NCBI GenBank assembly: GCA_002269645.1
Contig: NIVC01001716.1
Coordinates: 124,001 to 188,000 of the forward strand
DNA: 64,000 nt
Origin: Macrostomum lignano
Taxonomy: Eukaryota
Direction of reading: 5' to 3'
The notes beneath the pieces were generated by a model. It searched no databases. It saw only the letters and a program-made list of their open reading frames with translations, and was not told the DNA's origin. The stretch's first letter is position 1, and each line of letters opens with the position of its first letter. The translations under genes were made by a program, and so were the position numbers. Shown here piece by piece: positions 50,901 to 62,457 of the stretch.

Positions 50901-53900
50901 AGCGTCCCCAACCAAGAGACAGCGTCCCCAACAAAACGACAGCGTCTCCAGAACTAGGATGCAGCGTCCCTATCCAAGAGACAGCGTCCCTAGAACTAAG
51001 AGACGGCGTCCCCAACCAAGAGACAGCGTCCCTAGAACTAAGAGACGGCGTCCCCAACAAAACGACAGCGTCTTCGGAACTAAGATGCAGCGTCCCTATT
51101 TAAGAGACAGCGTCCCTAGAACTAAGAGACGGCGTCCTCAACCCAGAGACAGCGTCCCCAAAAAAACGACAGCGTCTCCAGAACTAAGATGCAGCGTCCC
51201 TATCCAAGAGACAACGTCCCAAACCAAAAAAAAAGCGTCCCCAGAACTTAGAGACCGCGTCCCTAACCAAGAGACAGCGTCCCCAACAAAACGACAGCGT
51301 CTCCAGAACTAAGATGCAGCGTCCCTATCCAAGAGACAACGTCCCTAGAACTAAGAGACGGCGTCCCCAACCAAGAGACAGCGTCCCCAACAAAACCACA
51401 GCGTCTCCAGAACTAAGATGCAGTGTCCCTATCCAAGAGACAGCGTCCCTAGAACCAAGAGACAGCGTCCCCAACAAAACGACAGCGTCTCCAGAACTAA
51501 GATGCAGCGTCCCTATCCAAGAGACAACGTCCCTAGAACTAAGAGACGGCGTCCCCAACCAAGAGACAGCGTCCCCAACAAAACCACAGCGTCTCCAGAA
51601 CTAAGATGCAGTGTCCCTATCCAAGAGACAGCGTCCCTAGAACTAAGAGACGGCGTCCCCAACCAAGAGACAGCGTCCCTATCCAAGAGACAGCGTCCCG
51701 AGAACTTAGAGACGGCGTCCCCAACCAGAGACAGCGTCCCCAACAAAACCACAGCGTCTCCAGAACTAAGATGCAGTGTCCCTATCCAAGAGACAGCGTC
51801 CCTAGAACTAAGAGACGGCGTCCCCAACCAAGAGACAGCGTCTCTAGAACTAAGAGACGGCGTCCCCCACCAAGAGACAGCGTCCCCATCAAAGACACAG
51901 CGTCCCCAACCAAGAGACAGCGTCCCCAACAAAACGACAGCGTCTCCAGAACTAAGATGCAGCGTCCCTATCCAAGAGACAGCGTCCCTAGAACTAATAG
52001 ACGGCCTCCCTAGAACTAAGAGACGGCGTCCCCAACCAAGAGACAGCGTCCCCATCAAAGACACAGCGTCCCCAACCAAGATACAGCGTCCCTAGAACTA
52101 AGAGACGGCGTCCTTAATTAAGAGACAGCGTCCCCAACCAAGAGACAGTGTCCCGAACCCAGAGACAGCGTCCCCAACAAAACGACAGCGTCTCCGGAAC
52201 TTAGATGCAGCGTCCCTATCCAAGAGACAGCGTCTCCAACCAAGAGACAGCGTCCCCAACAAAACGACAGCGTCTCCGGAACTAAGAGACGGCGTCCCTA
52301 GAACTAAGAGACAGCGTCCCCATCAAAGAGACAGCGTCCCCAACCAAGAAACAGCGTCCCTAGAACTAAGAGACGGCGTCCCCAACAAGAGACAGCGTCT
52401 CTAGAACTAAGAGACAGCGTCTCCATCAAAGACACAGCGTCCCCAACCAAGAGACAGCGTCCCCAACAAAACGACAGCGTCTCCAGAACTAAGATGCAGC
52501 GTCCCTATCCAAGAGACAGCGTCCCTAGAACTAAGAGACGGCGTCCCCAATCAAGAGACAGCGTCCCTAGAACTAAGAGACGGCGTCCCCAACAAAACGA
52601 CAGCGTCTTCGGAACTAAGATGCAGCGTCCTTATCCAAGAGACAGCGTCCCTATCCAAGAGACAGCGTCCCTAGAACAAAGTGACGGCGTCCCCAACCAA
52701 GAGACAGCGTCTCTAGAACTAAGAGACGGCGTCCCTAGAACTAAGAGACAGCGTCCCCATCAAAGAGACAGCGTCCCCAACCAAGAAACAGCGTCCCTAG
52801 AACTAAGAGACGGCGTCCCCAACCAAGAGACAGCGTCTCTAGAACTAAGAGACGGCGTCCCCAACCTAGAGACAGCGTCCTTAACAAAACGACAGCGTCT
52901 CCAGAACTAAGATGCAGCGTCCCTATCCAAGAGACGGCGTCCCCAACCAAGAGACAGCGTCCCCATCAAAGACACAGCGTCCCCAACCAAGAGACAGCGT
53001 CCCCAACAAAACGACAGCGTCTCCGGAACTTAGATGCAGCGTCCCTATCCAAGAGACAGCGTCTCCAACCAAGAGACAGCGTCCCCAACAAAACGACAGC
53101 GTCTCCGGAACTTAGATGCAGCGTCCCTATCCAAGAGACAGCGTCCCTAGAACTAATAGACGGCGTCCCTAGAACTAAGAGACAGCGTCCCCATCAAAGA
53201 GACAGCGTCCCCAACCAAGAAACAGCGTCCCTAGAACTAAGAGACGGCGTCCCCCACCAAGAGACAGCGTCCTCATCAAAGACACAGCGTCCCCAACCAA
53301 GAGACAGCGTCCCCAACAAAACGACAGCGTCTCCAGAACTAGGATGCAGCGTCCCTATCCAAGAGACAGCGTCCCTAGAACTAAGAGACGGCGTCCCCAA
53401 CCAAGAGACAGCGTCCCTAGAACTAAGAGACGGCGTCCCCAACAAAACGACAGCGTCTTCGGAACTAAGATGCAGCGTCCCTATCCAAGAGACAGCGTCC
53501 CTAGAACTAAGAGACGGCGTCCTCAACCCAGAGACAGCGTCCCCAAAAAAACGACAGCGTCTCCAGAACTAAGATGCAGCGTCCCTATCCAAGAGACAAC
53601 GTCCCAAACCAAAAAAAAGCGTCCCCAGAACTTAGAGACCGCGTCCCTAACCAAGAGACAGCGTCCCCAACAAAACGACAGCGTCTCCAGAACTAAGATG
53701 CAGCGTCCCTATCCAAGAGACAACGTCCCTAGAACTAAGAGACGGCGTCCCCAACCAAGAGACAGCGTCCCCAACAAAACCACAGCGTCTCCAGAACTAA
53801 GATGCAGTGTCCCTATCCAAGAGACAGCGTCCCTAGAACCAAGAGACAGCGTCCCCAACAAAACGACAGCGTCTCCAGAACTAAGATGCAGCGTCCCTAT

Positions 53901-56035
53901 CCAAGAGACAACGTCCCTAGAACTAAGAGACGGCGTCCCCAACCAAGAGACAGCGTCCCAACAAAACCACAGCGTCTCCAGAACTAAGATGCAGTGTCCC
54001 TATCCAAGAGACAGCGTCCCTAGAACTAAGAGACGGCGTCCCCAACCAAGAGACAGCGTCCCTATCCAAGAGACAGCGTCCCGAGAACTTAGAGACGGCG
54101 TCCCCAACCCAGAGACAGCGTCCCCAACAAAACCACAGCGTCTCCAGAACTAAGATGCAGTGTCCCTATCCAAGAGACAGCGTCCCTAGAACTAAGAGAC
54201 GGCGTCCCCAACCAAGAGACAGCGTCTCTAGAACTAAGAGACGGCGTCCCCCACCAAGAGACAGCGTCCCCATCAAAGACACAGCGTCCCCAACCAAGAG
54301 ACAGCGTCCCCAACAAAACGACAGCGTCTCCAGAACTAAGATGCAGCGTCCCTATCCAAGAGACAGCGTCCCTAGAACTAATAGACGGCCTCCCTAGAAC
54401 TAAGAGACGGCGTCCCCAACCAAGAGACAGCGTCCCCATCAAAGACACAGCGTCCCCAACCAAGATACAGCGTCCCTAGAACTAAGAGACGGCGTCCTTA
54501 ATTAAGAGACAGCGTCCCCAACCAAGAGACAGTGTCCCGAACCCAGAGACAGCGTCCCCAACAAAACGACAGCGTCTCCGGAACTTAGATGCAGCGTCCC
54601 TATCCAAGAGACAGCGTCTCCAACCAAGAGACAGCGTCCCCAACAAAACGACAGCGTCTCCGGAACTAAGAGACGGCGTCCCTAGAACTAAGAGACAGCG
54701 TCCCCATCAAAGAGACAGCGTCCCCAACCAAGAAACAGCGTCCCTAGAACTAAGAGACGGCGTCCCCAACCAAGAGACAGCGTCTCTAGAACTAAGAGAC
54801 AGCGTCTCCATCAAAGACACAGCGTCCCCAACCAAGAGACAGCGTCCCCAACAAAACGACAGCGTCTCCAGAACTAAGATGCAGCGTCCCTATCCAAGAG
54901 ACAGCGTCCCTAGAACTAAGAGACGGCGTCCCCAATCAAGAGACAGCGTCCCTAGAACTAAGAGACGGCGTCCCCAACAAAACGACAGCGTCTTCGGAAC
55001 TAAGATGCAGCGTCCTTATCCAAGAGACAGCGTCCCTATCCAAGAGACAGCGTCCCTAGAACAAAGTGACGGCGTCCCCAACCAAGAGACAGCGTCTCTA
55101 GAACTAAGAGACGGCGTCCCTAGAACTAAGAGACAGCGTCCCCATCAAAGAGACAGCGTCCCCAACCAAGAAACAGCGTCCCTAGAACTAAGAGACGGCG
55201 TCCCCAACCAAGAGACAGCGTCTCTAGAACTAAGAGACGGCGTCCCCCACCAAGAGACAGCGTCCCCATCAAAGACGCAGCGTCCCCAACCAAGAGACAG
55301 CGTCCCCAACAAAACCACAGCGTCTCCAGAACTAAGATGCAGCGTCCCTATCCAAGAGACAGCGTCCCTAGAACTAAGAGACGGCGTCCCCAACAAAGTG
55401 ACACCGTCCCCAGAACCAAGAGACACCGTGTCGAACCAAGCGACAGCGTCCCAAACCAAGAGAGCGCGTCCTTGAAACCAAGAGACAGCGTCACGAACAA
55501 GGAGACAGCCTTTCCAAAACCAAGAGACAGTGTCCCCCGAAGTAAGAGACGGCGTCCCCAATTAAGAGACAGCGTCCACAACCAAGAGACAGAGTCCTGA
55601 ACCAAAAGACAGGGTTCCCAACAAAACGACAGCGTCTCCGGAACTAAGATGCAGCGTCCCTATCCAAGAGACAACGTCCCTAGAACTAAGAGACGGCGTC
55701 CTCAACTAAGAGAGCGTCCCCGGAACTAAGATGCAGCTTCCCCAACAAAGAGACAGCGTCCCCAAAAAGAGACATAATCGCAAACCAACAGAGAGCGTCC
55801 TTGGAACCAAGAGACAGCGTTTTCAGGACTTAGCTACAGCGTCTCCGACACAGAGACAGCGTCCCGAACCAAAAGAAAGCGTCCCCAGAACTAAGATATG
55901 GCGTCACCAACAAAGAGACAGCCTCCCCAAAAAAGATACACCGTCCCCAGAACAAAGAGATCGCGTCCCCAACCAAGAGACAGCGTCCCCATCAAAGAGA
56001 CGGCGTACCGAACAAAGAGTTAACCACGAGACAGA
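44950..56035 (+). repeat. About 11-kb complex satellite of 20-24-bp GCGTC-core monomers with a higher-order period of about 2.4 kb
   Basis: Monomer types CCAAGAGACAGCGTCCCCAA, AGAACTAAGAGACGGCGTCCCT, AACAAAACGACAGCGTCTCC and AGAACTAAGATGCAGCGTCCCTAT. Rare marker ACAAAGTGAC recurs at 47902, 50271, 52676 and 55061. Confidence 0.97.
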
Positions 56036-56109
56036 GTTTCCTAGAGAAAACTTGGTGGAAAACGCTTTTGCCTGGATTGCGAATGCATTCTTTTGGTTAG
56101 TGAAGTTGT

Positions 56110-56370
56110 CTGTTGGTTGGGGACGCTTTCTTCTTGGGTACGCTATTTCTGTGCTTTTTTGAGAAAGCGGCCTACTAGTTGGGGATGATGTCACATGGTT
56201 AGGGACGGTGCGCTGTCTCTTGATTCTGGACGCTGTCTCTTTGTTCTGGGGATTGATTGCACCTTTTGCTTGGGGACGCTGTCTCTTGGTTCGGGGGACG
56301 CAGTCTTTTGCTTCCGGGACGCTGTCTTTTGGGTAGGGACGGTGCATCTTTGTTGGGGAGGTGTTCTCTT
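56110..56370 (-). repeat. Degenerate inverted monomers of the same satellite
   Basis: GGGGACGCTGTCTCTTGGTT-like units, the reverse complement of the main array. Confidence 0.85.
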
Positions 56371-57192
56371 GGTTGGAGCAACTGGAACAACAACTGCAGA
56401 GTTAATCCTTTTTTCGGTTGCTTTTGCAACGGGAAATGCCTTTAGTAAACAGTAGTCATATATTCTAATGGGCCGGTATCTGACCTTTTTTGAAAAACGC
56501 CTGGAAGCAGGAAAAAGCGGTCTATGCGTTCTCAATTGGCGAAAACTTTTGTCCTGCAAGATCGATTTTGCGCTATTCCTTTGCTTACGGACCATAGCGC
56601 TAGATCATAGAAGGTCTCGACTAACTAAACACCTACCCCATTCCCTGGTGTGGCGTTCAGCCTCGACCCAACTAGCTTTGGAGATGACCTATGAGGTTGA
56701 AATGCATCGGGATTAAAGAGCTATTGACCCTTTGGTATTTTACCCCAAATTATTTCACATCGGTTGCCACTATGATAGAAAAGAAATGGAAACAAAGACA
56801 GTTTAGTCTTTCTGTGTGAAGTAAAAAATAGGTTATAGGGCACCTGGCCAAAGATATATTTAAAGTTTTATAAATTAGAGAAAAGAGGCAAGAGGCAGCA
56901 GACGAGGAAGACAGAGATAAGCAAAGAGACGCTAAGAGACGCGAAGTAGCAGCCAATCAGAGGAAGGAATTTTAAGAGAACAGACTAACAAACGCACAGA
57001 AACGAAAAAATGAGAAAGATGAGAAGTGCAAGAATGGACAAGAGAGATTCATGGAAGTTAAAAAAGGTGGCAGATGCGCGGCCCTGAAATCTCGTTTTTG
57101 GAAAGAAGAAAACCGCGTTACATTAAAAAAACGTTCTGCCTCAAAGCAAATGCTTAAACAGTTATGGCATTAAAATAATACATGCTAGGGTA

Positions 57193-58011
57193 TTAAAAAA
57201 TCAGAGCATAAGCCGGGAGTACCTGTTCACTTCTGAATACAGCGTATTCAGCGAACGCAAATCCTGGACGATTTGGCGTTACTTGCTGCCCGTGCACCGA
57301 GTCAACTCCAAGCTGACGCATCTGGGCAGCGTCCAGGTTACGATCCTCTCGGTTCCGCGACAAAACTTTGCCCAGTCGGACCCGGCAGGCGACGATGCAT
57401 TTTTCTGCATCGCTGCAGTATCTTATTGCCTTGGCAGCAGAGTCGGTTAGATAGATGGCTTTACCAAATGTCCCCTGCTTGTTCCCAATTTTAAAGCCGG
57501 TTTGAAAAATTCGTTCTGCATTCTGGCATGTTGTGCCGTGAAACAGAAGCACTGGTGCTGAATCGCCCAGCAGCTGAAATTTGACCAGCCGGAAGTTCGT
57601 CAGGAGCTGCTTATTCCTCTGCATGTATGCTCGACGGAGTTCGATTTTTATTTTGTTAGACTTTAAATTGTCTGCTACCCTGGAGAGAAGGGGCTGCAAA
57701 AGGGGATCGTCCAGATCCATTTCCTTGGTCGATTGGCTGTGCTTGCAGGAGTTACCGGAAAGTTCACCAATGTTCATAGGATCGTTATCGCAGTCGTCTT
57801 CCTCTCCTTCCTTGAGAATCTCATCCGGACAAAAAAGCGTTTTCGACTCTTTCAGCTTAAAGCATCTCTTCCTTAACGCATCAGGTGACGATTCGATTCC
57901 AGTTAGCTGTATAAATTCATCATTAACCAGTTTCCAGGCCACTATCGGGACCATTTTAGTGTGCTTCCTCTGAAGATTCTTCAGGATGCTATCAGTATGT
58001 GATGACGACAT
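57193..58011 (-). CDS. Myb/SANT-like HTH fused to a PARP-family ADP-ribosyltransferase catalytic domain, 272 aa, uninterrupted ORF
   Basis: LLFHGT, FGKAIYLTDSAAKA, CRVRLGK, DSVHG and AEYAVF..EQVLPAY give the PARP H-Y-E signature. The N-terminal WKLVNDEFIQLTGIESSPDALRKRCFKLK resembles a Myb-like helix-turn-helix. Confidence 0.88.
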   Translation of the reverse strand: MSSSHTDSILKNLQRKHTKMVPIVAWKLVNDEFIQLTGIESSPDALRKRCFKLKESKTLFCPDEILKEGEEDDCDNDPMNIGELSGNSCKHSQSTKEMDLDDPLLQPLLSRVADNLKSNKIKIELRRAYMQRNKQLLTNFRLVKFQLLGDSAPVLLFHGTTCQNAERIFQTGFKIGNKQGTFGKAIYLTDSAAKAIRYCSDAEKCIVACRVRLGKVLSRNREDRNLDAAQMRQLGVDSVHGQQVTPNRPGFAFAEYAVFRSEQVLPAYALIF

Positions 58012-58329
58012 GGTCTCCTCTTTGTTTTCGGCAGCCGGACGTTTTGCGGTAAGAAAGAAATGACTTTTTCGCTAATGAGAATAAAGAAATTAAATGGATT
58101 GCTAATCTGAGACATTTTTTTACTTCCGCTTTCCACTAGAGAATTTGACCCCCAGTATGTGCCACAGACTTAGTAAAACAAAGTAACCTTTGATGAAAAT
58201 CCCTCTTGACATAATATACTTAGCTGCAGAAAGAGCTCTCGACGGAGCGGAGCGGGATGGCAATAACGCTAACCCCATACGATCAGCCGAAGCTGAGTAG
58301 TAAAAATCCCTCGAAATCCATAAGTTCTT

Positions 58330-58630
58330 ACGCGTGGATAGGGACGCTGTGAATGCCCTATCTCTCTTTTAGCTGGGACGCTATCTCTTGGTTCCTGATT
58401 CCGGGTACGCTGTCTTCTGGTTGGGGACGCTGTCTCTTGATTGGGGACGCTGTCTCTTGGTTGGGGACGCTGTCTCTTGGTTCCGGAGACGCTGTCTCTT
58501 GGTTCCGGGGACGCTGTCTCTTGGTTCCGGGGACGGTGTCTCTTCGTTCCCGGCACGCTGTCTCTTGATTGGGGACGCTGTCTCTTGGTTCCGGCGACGG
58601 TGTCTCTTTGTGTCTCTTGGTGTCTCTTGG
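58330..58630 (-). repeat. Inverted array of the same 20-bp satellite monomer, upstream of the PARP ORF
   Basis: Multiple GGGGACGCTGTCTCTTGGTT units. Confidence 0.92.
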
Positions 58631-58699
58631 CTCAAATTTACTTTTGAGTTGTAGGACTCTATTGTGCTGGCGTTCTGTGGCTGTTTGATTTGCAATTTT

Positions 58700-60385
58700 A
58701 ATTTTTTGCGTTTAAAAGAATGATGGATGATCCAAGGCCGCAGTTGGCACACTTGAAGCCCGTGTCAGGAAAGCCTCTATGTTCGCTGCGCAGCGAGCCA
58801 ATAGGATTCCCCGACGTACGCTCGTAATAAATGTGGCTCTGGACAACGGAGTTTTTGTCGTCTTTTTGTCTTGAAGGCCACCCAAGCAAATCCGCCGCTG
58901 CGCCGCCGGAGGTCCTCTTCCACGTGTAGCACCAGACCGCCGAGGTAGGTGAACCGCTGGCAGCGTGCGAGCTTGGTCGTCTGCCCGTCTGCGCCGCGGC
59001 ACGTCAGGATGTCGGCTGGCACAGGCAGCACCTCGGTCTTCAGCGTGTTGACAACCAGACCGACGCTCGATGCCACCTCAACCAGCTTGTCGATCTGGCG
59101 CTGGGCGCCTTCAACGGACGAGGACCGGAGGGTGAGCAGTTTTTGTCGTGGCGGCGATGGATGCGTCTGCGCAGCAGGAAGCCGTCGTCAGCCGAGGGGA
59201 GTGCTATCCAAAGTACCCAGTCCAGCAGCAGCACGAAGAGGAACGGCGCCAGCGTGTCGCCCTGAAGAACTCGAGTATCGCAATACAGCGACATGACAGC
59301 GCCAATTAGCTGCTGCGGGACCCGGTAGGCTCGAAGGATGAAGGCAAGCGCGGCCCTCTACACCGAGTTAAACGCCTTTCGAAAGGCAACGAAGACAATG
59401 ATCAGCATAGACTAGCGGATGCGCGCCTCCTCGACGACACGGCGGAGTGCGAGGATCTGTATCACAGCAGGCCGGAATTCGTTCTGCTCGTATTGCAGGT
59501 ACGGGTCCAGCACTGATTGCAGAAGATCGAGCAGCAGCCGGTTGAAGAGCTTCGCGGTGCAGGACATCAGTGGGATCCCGCGGTGTTCTTCTTTTCGCGT
59601 TGTCCCTGCCTTTTTCGGGATCGGCACGATGAGCACGACGGCCCACTCGGTGGGCGCAAGAGCGCCGGAGAGCACACTGTTCATGACGCCTGTGACCTGG
59701 GAGGCCACACAGCGTAGCCGCAGCGCTTCGACTGGGACTTCGTTGGGGCCGAGCGCCTTGCCGCCTGGTGATTGCCGAGCGAACAGCACAACGTCCTCCG
59801 TGGTGACTGGGCTGGTGCAGGAGTCCTCCTTAGCTGGGAGCGGCGTGTCCAGTAGGAGCGCAAAGCTGAAGGGCAGCGGCAACGCGGGCGCATTCACGAT
59901 GTCGGCGAAGAAGTCACGCCATTCATTCCTGCGCTTCTCCGGGGTGTCACCGGCCAGGTTCAGCGCCACACGCTTTTAGCGCCCCATCAGAGTCCGGACG
60001 GCCGTTCACACTGCGCGGCTCTTCACGTCGCGGCCGGCTGCAGTGATGGTGATGGCTGCAGTGATGGCTGCAATAATGCGCTCGCAAGTGCAAACCAGCG
60101 CATGACAGAGTTGCGCCAGTCTCCTCGTGGCGTTGCACCCGCCTGCGTTCTGCCGCCTTCTCTTGCAGCCCGCAAAGGTGACCAGGCGGGCGGGGGGCTT
60201 GCGGAACTTGCCGGGGGCTTGCCGGTGAAGCAGATCCTCCAGTGCATTATTTTTTGTCGTTCTCGCGTCGCGCGACAAAGGGCGAGCGCTCGGACCTCCG
60301 TGGGACTGCGTTCAGGTCTTCGAGGACCGCCAGCGTGTCACAGTTTGGCACCTCTTCCAGCTGCCCAGCCAGGAAGTCGAAGAAC
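58700..60385 (-). mobile_element. RTE-clade LINE fragment (APE remnant plus RT), multiply disrupted
   Basis: LAVLEDLNA, GKALGPNEVPVE, IVPIPKK..., RGIPLMSCTAKLFNR, RVLQGDTLAPFLFVLLLD, FTYLGG. Confidence 0.88.
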
Positions 60386-60792
60386 TGGTTGAAACGGATG
60401 CCTCACTTGACGGAATTGGTTGGCAGTTGTTGGAACTGATTGACTGTTTGTTGGAAATGTATACAAACTGTCGAATCTGTGTCGCAGTTTGTCGAAACTG
60501 GTTGAAAATTGAAGCTGTCACAGCCAAAAAGTGTCGAAATCGGATGCCAGAAATTAAAATTGGTTGCAGGTGGTTCAAAATTGAAAGTGAAAAGGTGTGG
60601 TTGGCTGGTCATGTTCTCCGCGTGTTCTGAGAAGGGGCACTGGCTGTACATTCTGTGCACTTGGCTGCAACCCAAACCGCCCGTCCCTAGACCTTGCCTT
60701 TCGATTTTGACTTAAATTATGTACATTATAAGTTATTGATTCAATTTACACAAATATCATATTTATTTACTCGCAACCGACTTGTTAGTTCA

Positions 60793-60839
60793 AATAAACC
60801 TGAAGATGCACATTGTAGCGCGAAACGCGTCGTCTCATT
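60793..60839 (+). ncRNA. Possible degenerate minimal type I hammerhead ribozyme (Penelope-like terminal repeat signature)
   Basis: CTGAAGA-T-GCACATTGTAGCGC-GAAA-CGCG-TC core order is present; stems I and II are imperfect. Confidence 0.35.
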
Positions 60840-61144
60840 GGACCTATGTTGATTTTCGGTCTCCGAAACGTGATAAACGTGATAGTCGGCCACAAGCTTG
60901 AGATGAGTTTGCTGCACTATCGATCTGATCAAAATCATGGCCTAATCTGACCAGACAAATCGTGAAACACTGCAGCAGGAGGTGACTGCACAGTGATAAA
61001 AGAGATTTAAAATCAGAGTCAAATTTAGGAGAAGAGCCATTGTCTTAAACTCTGACTTCCAATGAACCCTCCATTCCTGTCAAGCAACACTTCGCCTTTT
61101 TTAGTATCTATCGATAGAGACAAACGGAACACTGTAATTACTTG

Positions 61145-61815
61145 CCCAGGCCAGCGGTACCCAGGCCAAGAAGCGTCCCAGAGTCTCTTGCGTGGCACCA
61201 GAGTCGTTTCAGAGTCGTTGCAGATGACACAGGTAAAATTGGAAAGTGACTCTAAATGACTCTAGAACGACGAGATGTCACGGTGCAAGGCGCCAAAAAG
61301 TCATCAAAGAGTCGCTCAAGAATCACTTTGAAGCTTTTTTTTGCCTGCGACTCTGAAACGACTCTGGGACGACGCAAGTGACTCTGGGGCACCGGTATAA
61401 TGACTCTGGGGCTGTAGAGTCGTATTTGAGGTGTGCTAGAGTCGCTGTAGAGTCACTGAGTTATGTTTGAAGCGCATTTGCGTCGCTTGATGAATTAGAG
61501 TCACATCTCCAGCAAAATTTAAGCGCCGACACAACGATTCTTGGACGACTCTTTCGCGACTCTTTCACGATTCTGCAATTCACGTGACGCGCTTGTGACG
61601 CAACAGTCGCCTCTCCGTCGCATTAGACGCGTTTGAGTCGTTAAAAAGTCACAAGAGTTGCCCAAGAGTCGCTAAGAGTCACAAGCCAAAAGTCAAAAGT
61701 CACGAGCCAAAAGTCACAAGAGTTGCCCAAGAGTCGCCAAGAGTCGCTAGTAGTTGTTTGCAATGACCCTTTAGCGATTCTTGTCACGGTAACATTTTCA
61801 ACGGGTTGACCAGGG
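61145..61815. repeat. Interspersed non-coding repeat rich in GAGTCG/GACTCT submotifs, probable non-autonomous DNA element
   Basis: The right part is homologous to 7393-7586; ends CCCAGGCCAA / TTGACCAGGG form a weak inverted pair. Confidence 0.55.
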
Positions 61816-62457
61816 AGAATCAGGAATCAGGAATCACAACGACCGCGCGTTTATATTTGCACCAAATCATAAATTACCAAAAGATCGATGATCTTTCGCA
61901 ACATGGTTATTAATATTTGTTTGCATAGCATTTTCGTTTACTTTTACTTATAGTAGAGTAGTAAGTAATAAAATAAGAGTCATTCATTTCGGTCTTAAAA
62001 CGTATGCAGAATAGCTTATTCTGCATCAATTGAGGACAGACAAAACCATCGACAATCCGTGTGTGAAATCAAGCGGAAGAAAATTGGACCACTTTTTACA
62101 TTGAGTTGCCTGTAAAAGTTAACAATTTATAACAATGTAAAACAAAGAGACAAGAACAATCAGAAGTTTGGAAGCCAAAACCCGGCCTCCCAGTGAGATT
62201 TGCAAGACCTGCAGTGTAGCATACTTTTAATTTCGCTGTATTTTAGATACAAAATTTCCAAAAGAGATGTTCAAACGGTTTCTCAGAAAAATGACATGTA
62301 CGAGCGTATTTGATTTTATTCAATGAAAAAGAGGAATATGAATAAACAGTGATCGAGAACTGTCATATTTTACAGAATTTACTCGAAAAATGAAGAATTA
62401 CCGCTCACTCGGTCGAGAATCCACGATTTGCACAACTAACAGCTACTAATAATACTA

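Noticed and set aside
44944-56162. Dozens of ORFs such as MQRPYPRDSVPRTKRRRPQ, suggesting a repetitive basic protein
   Set aside because: They occur in all frames and both strands with frequent stops and frame switches, as expected from satellite sequence.
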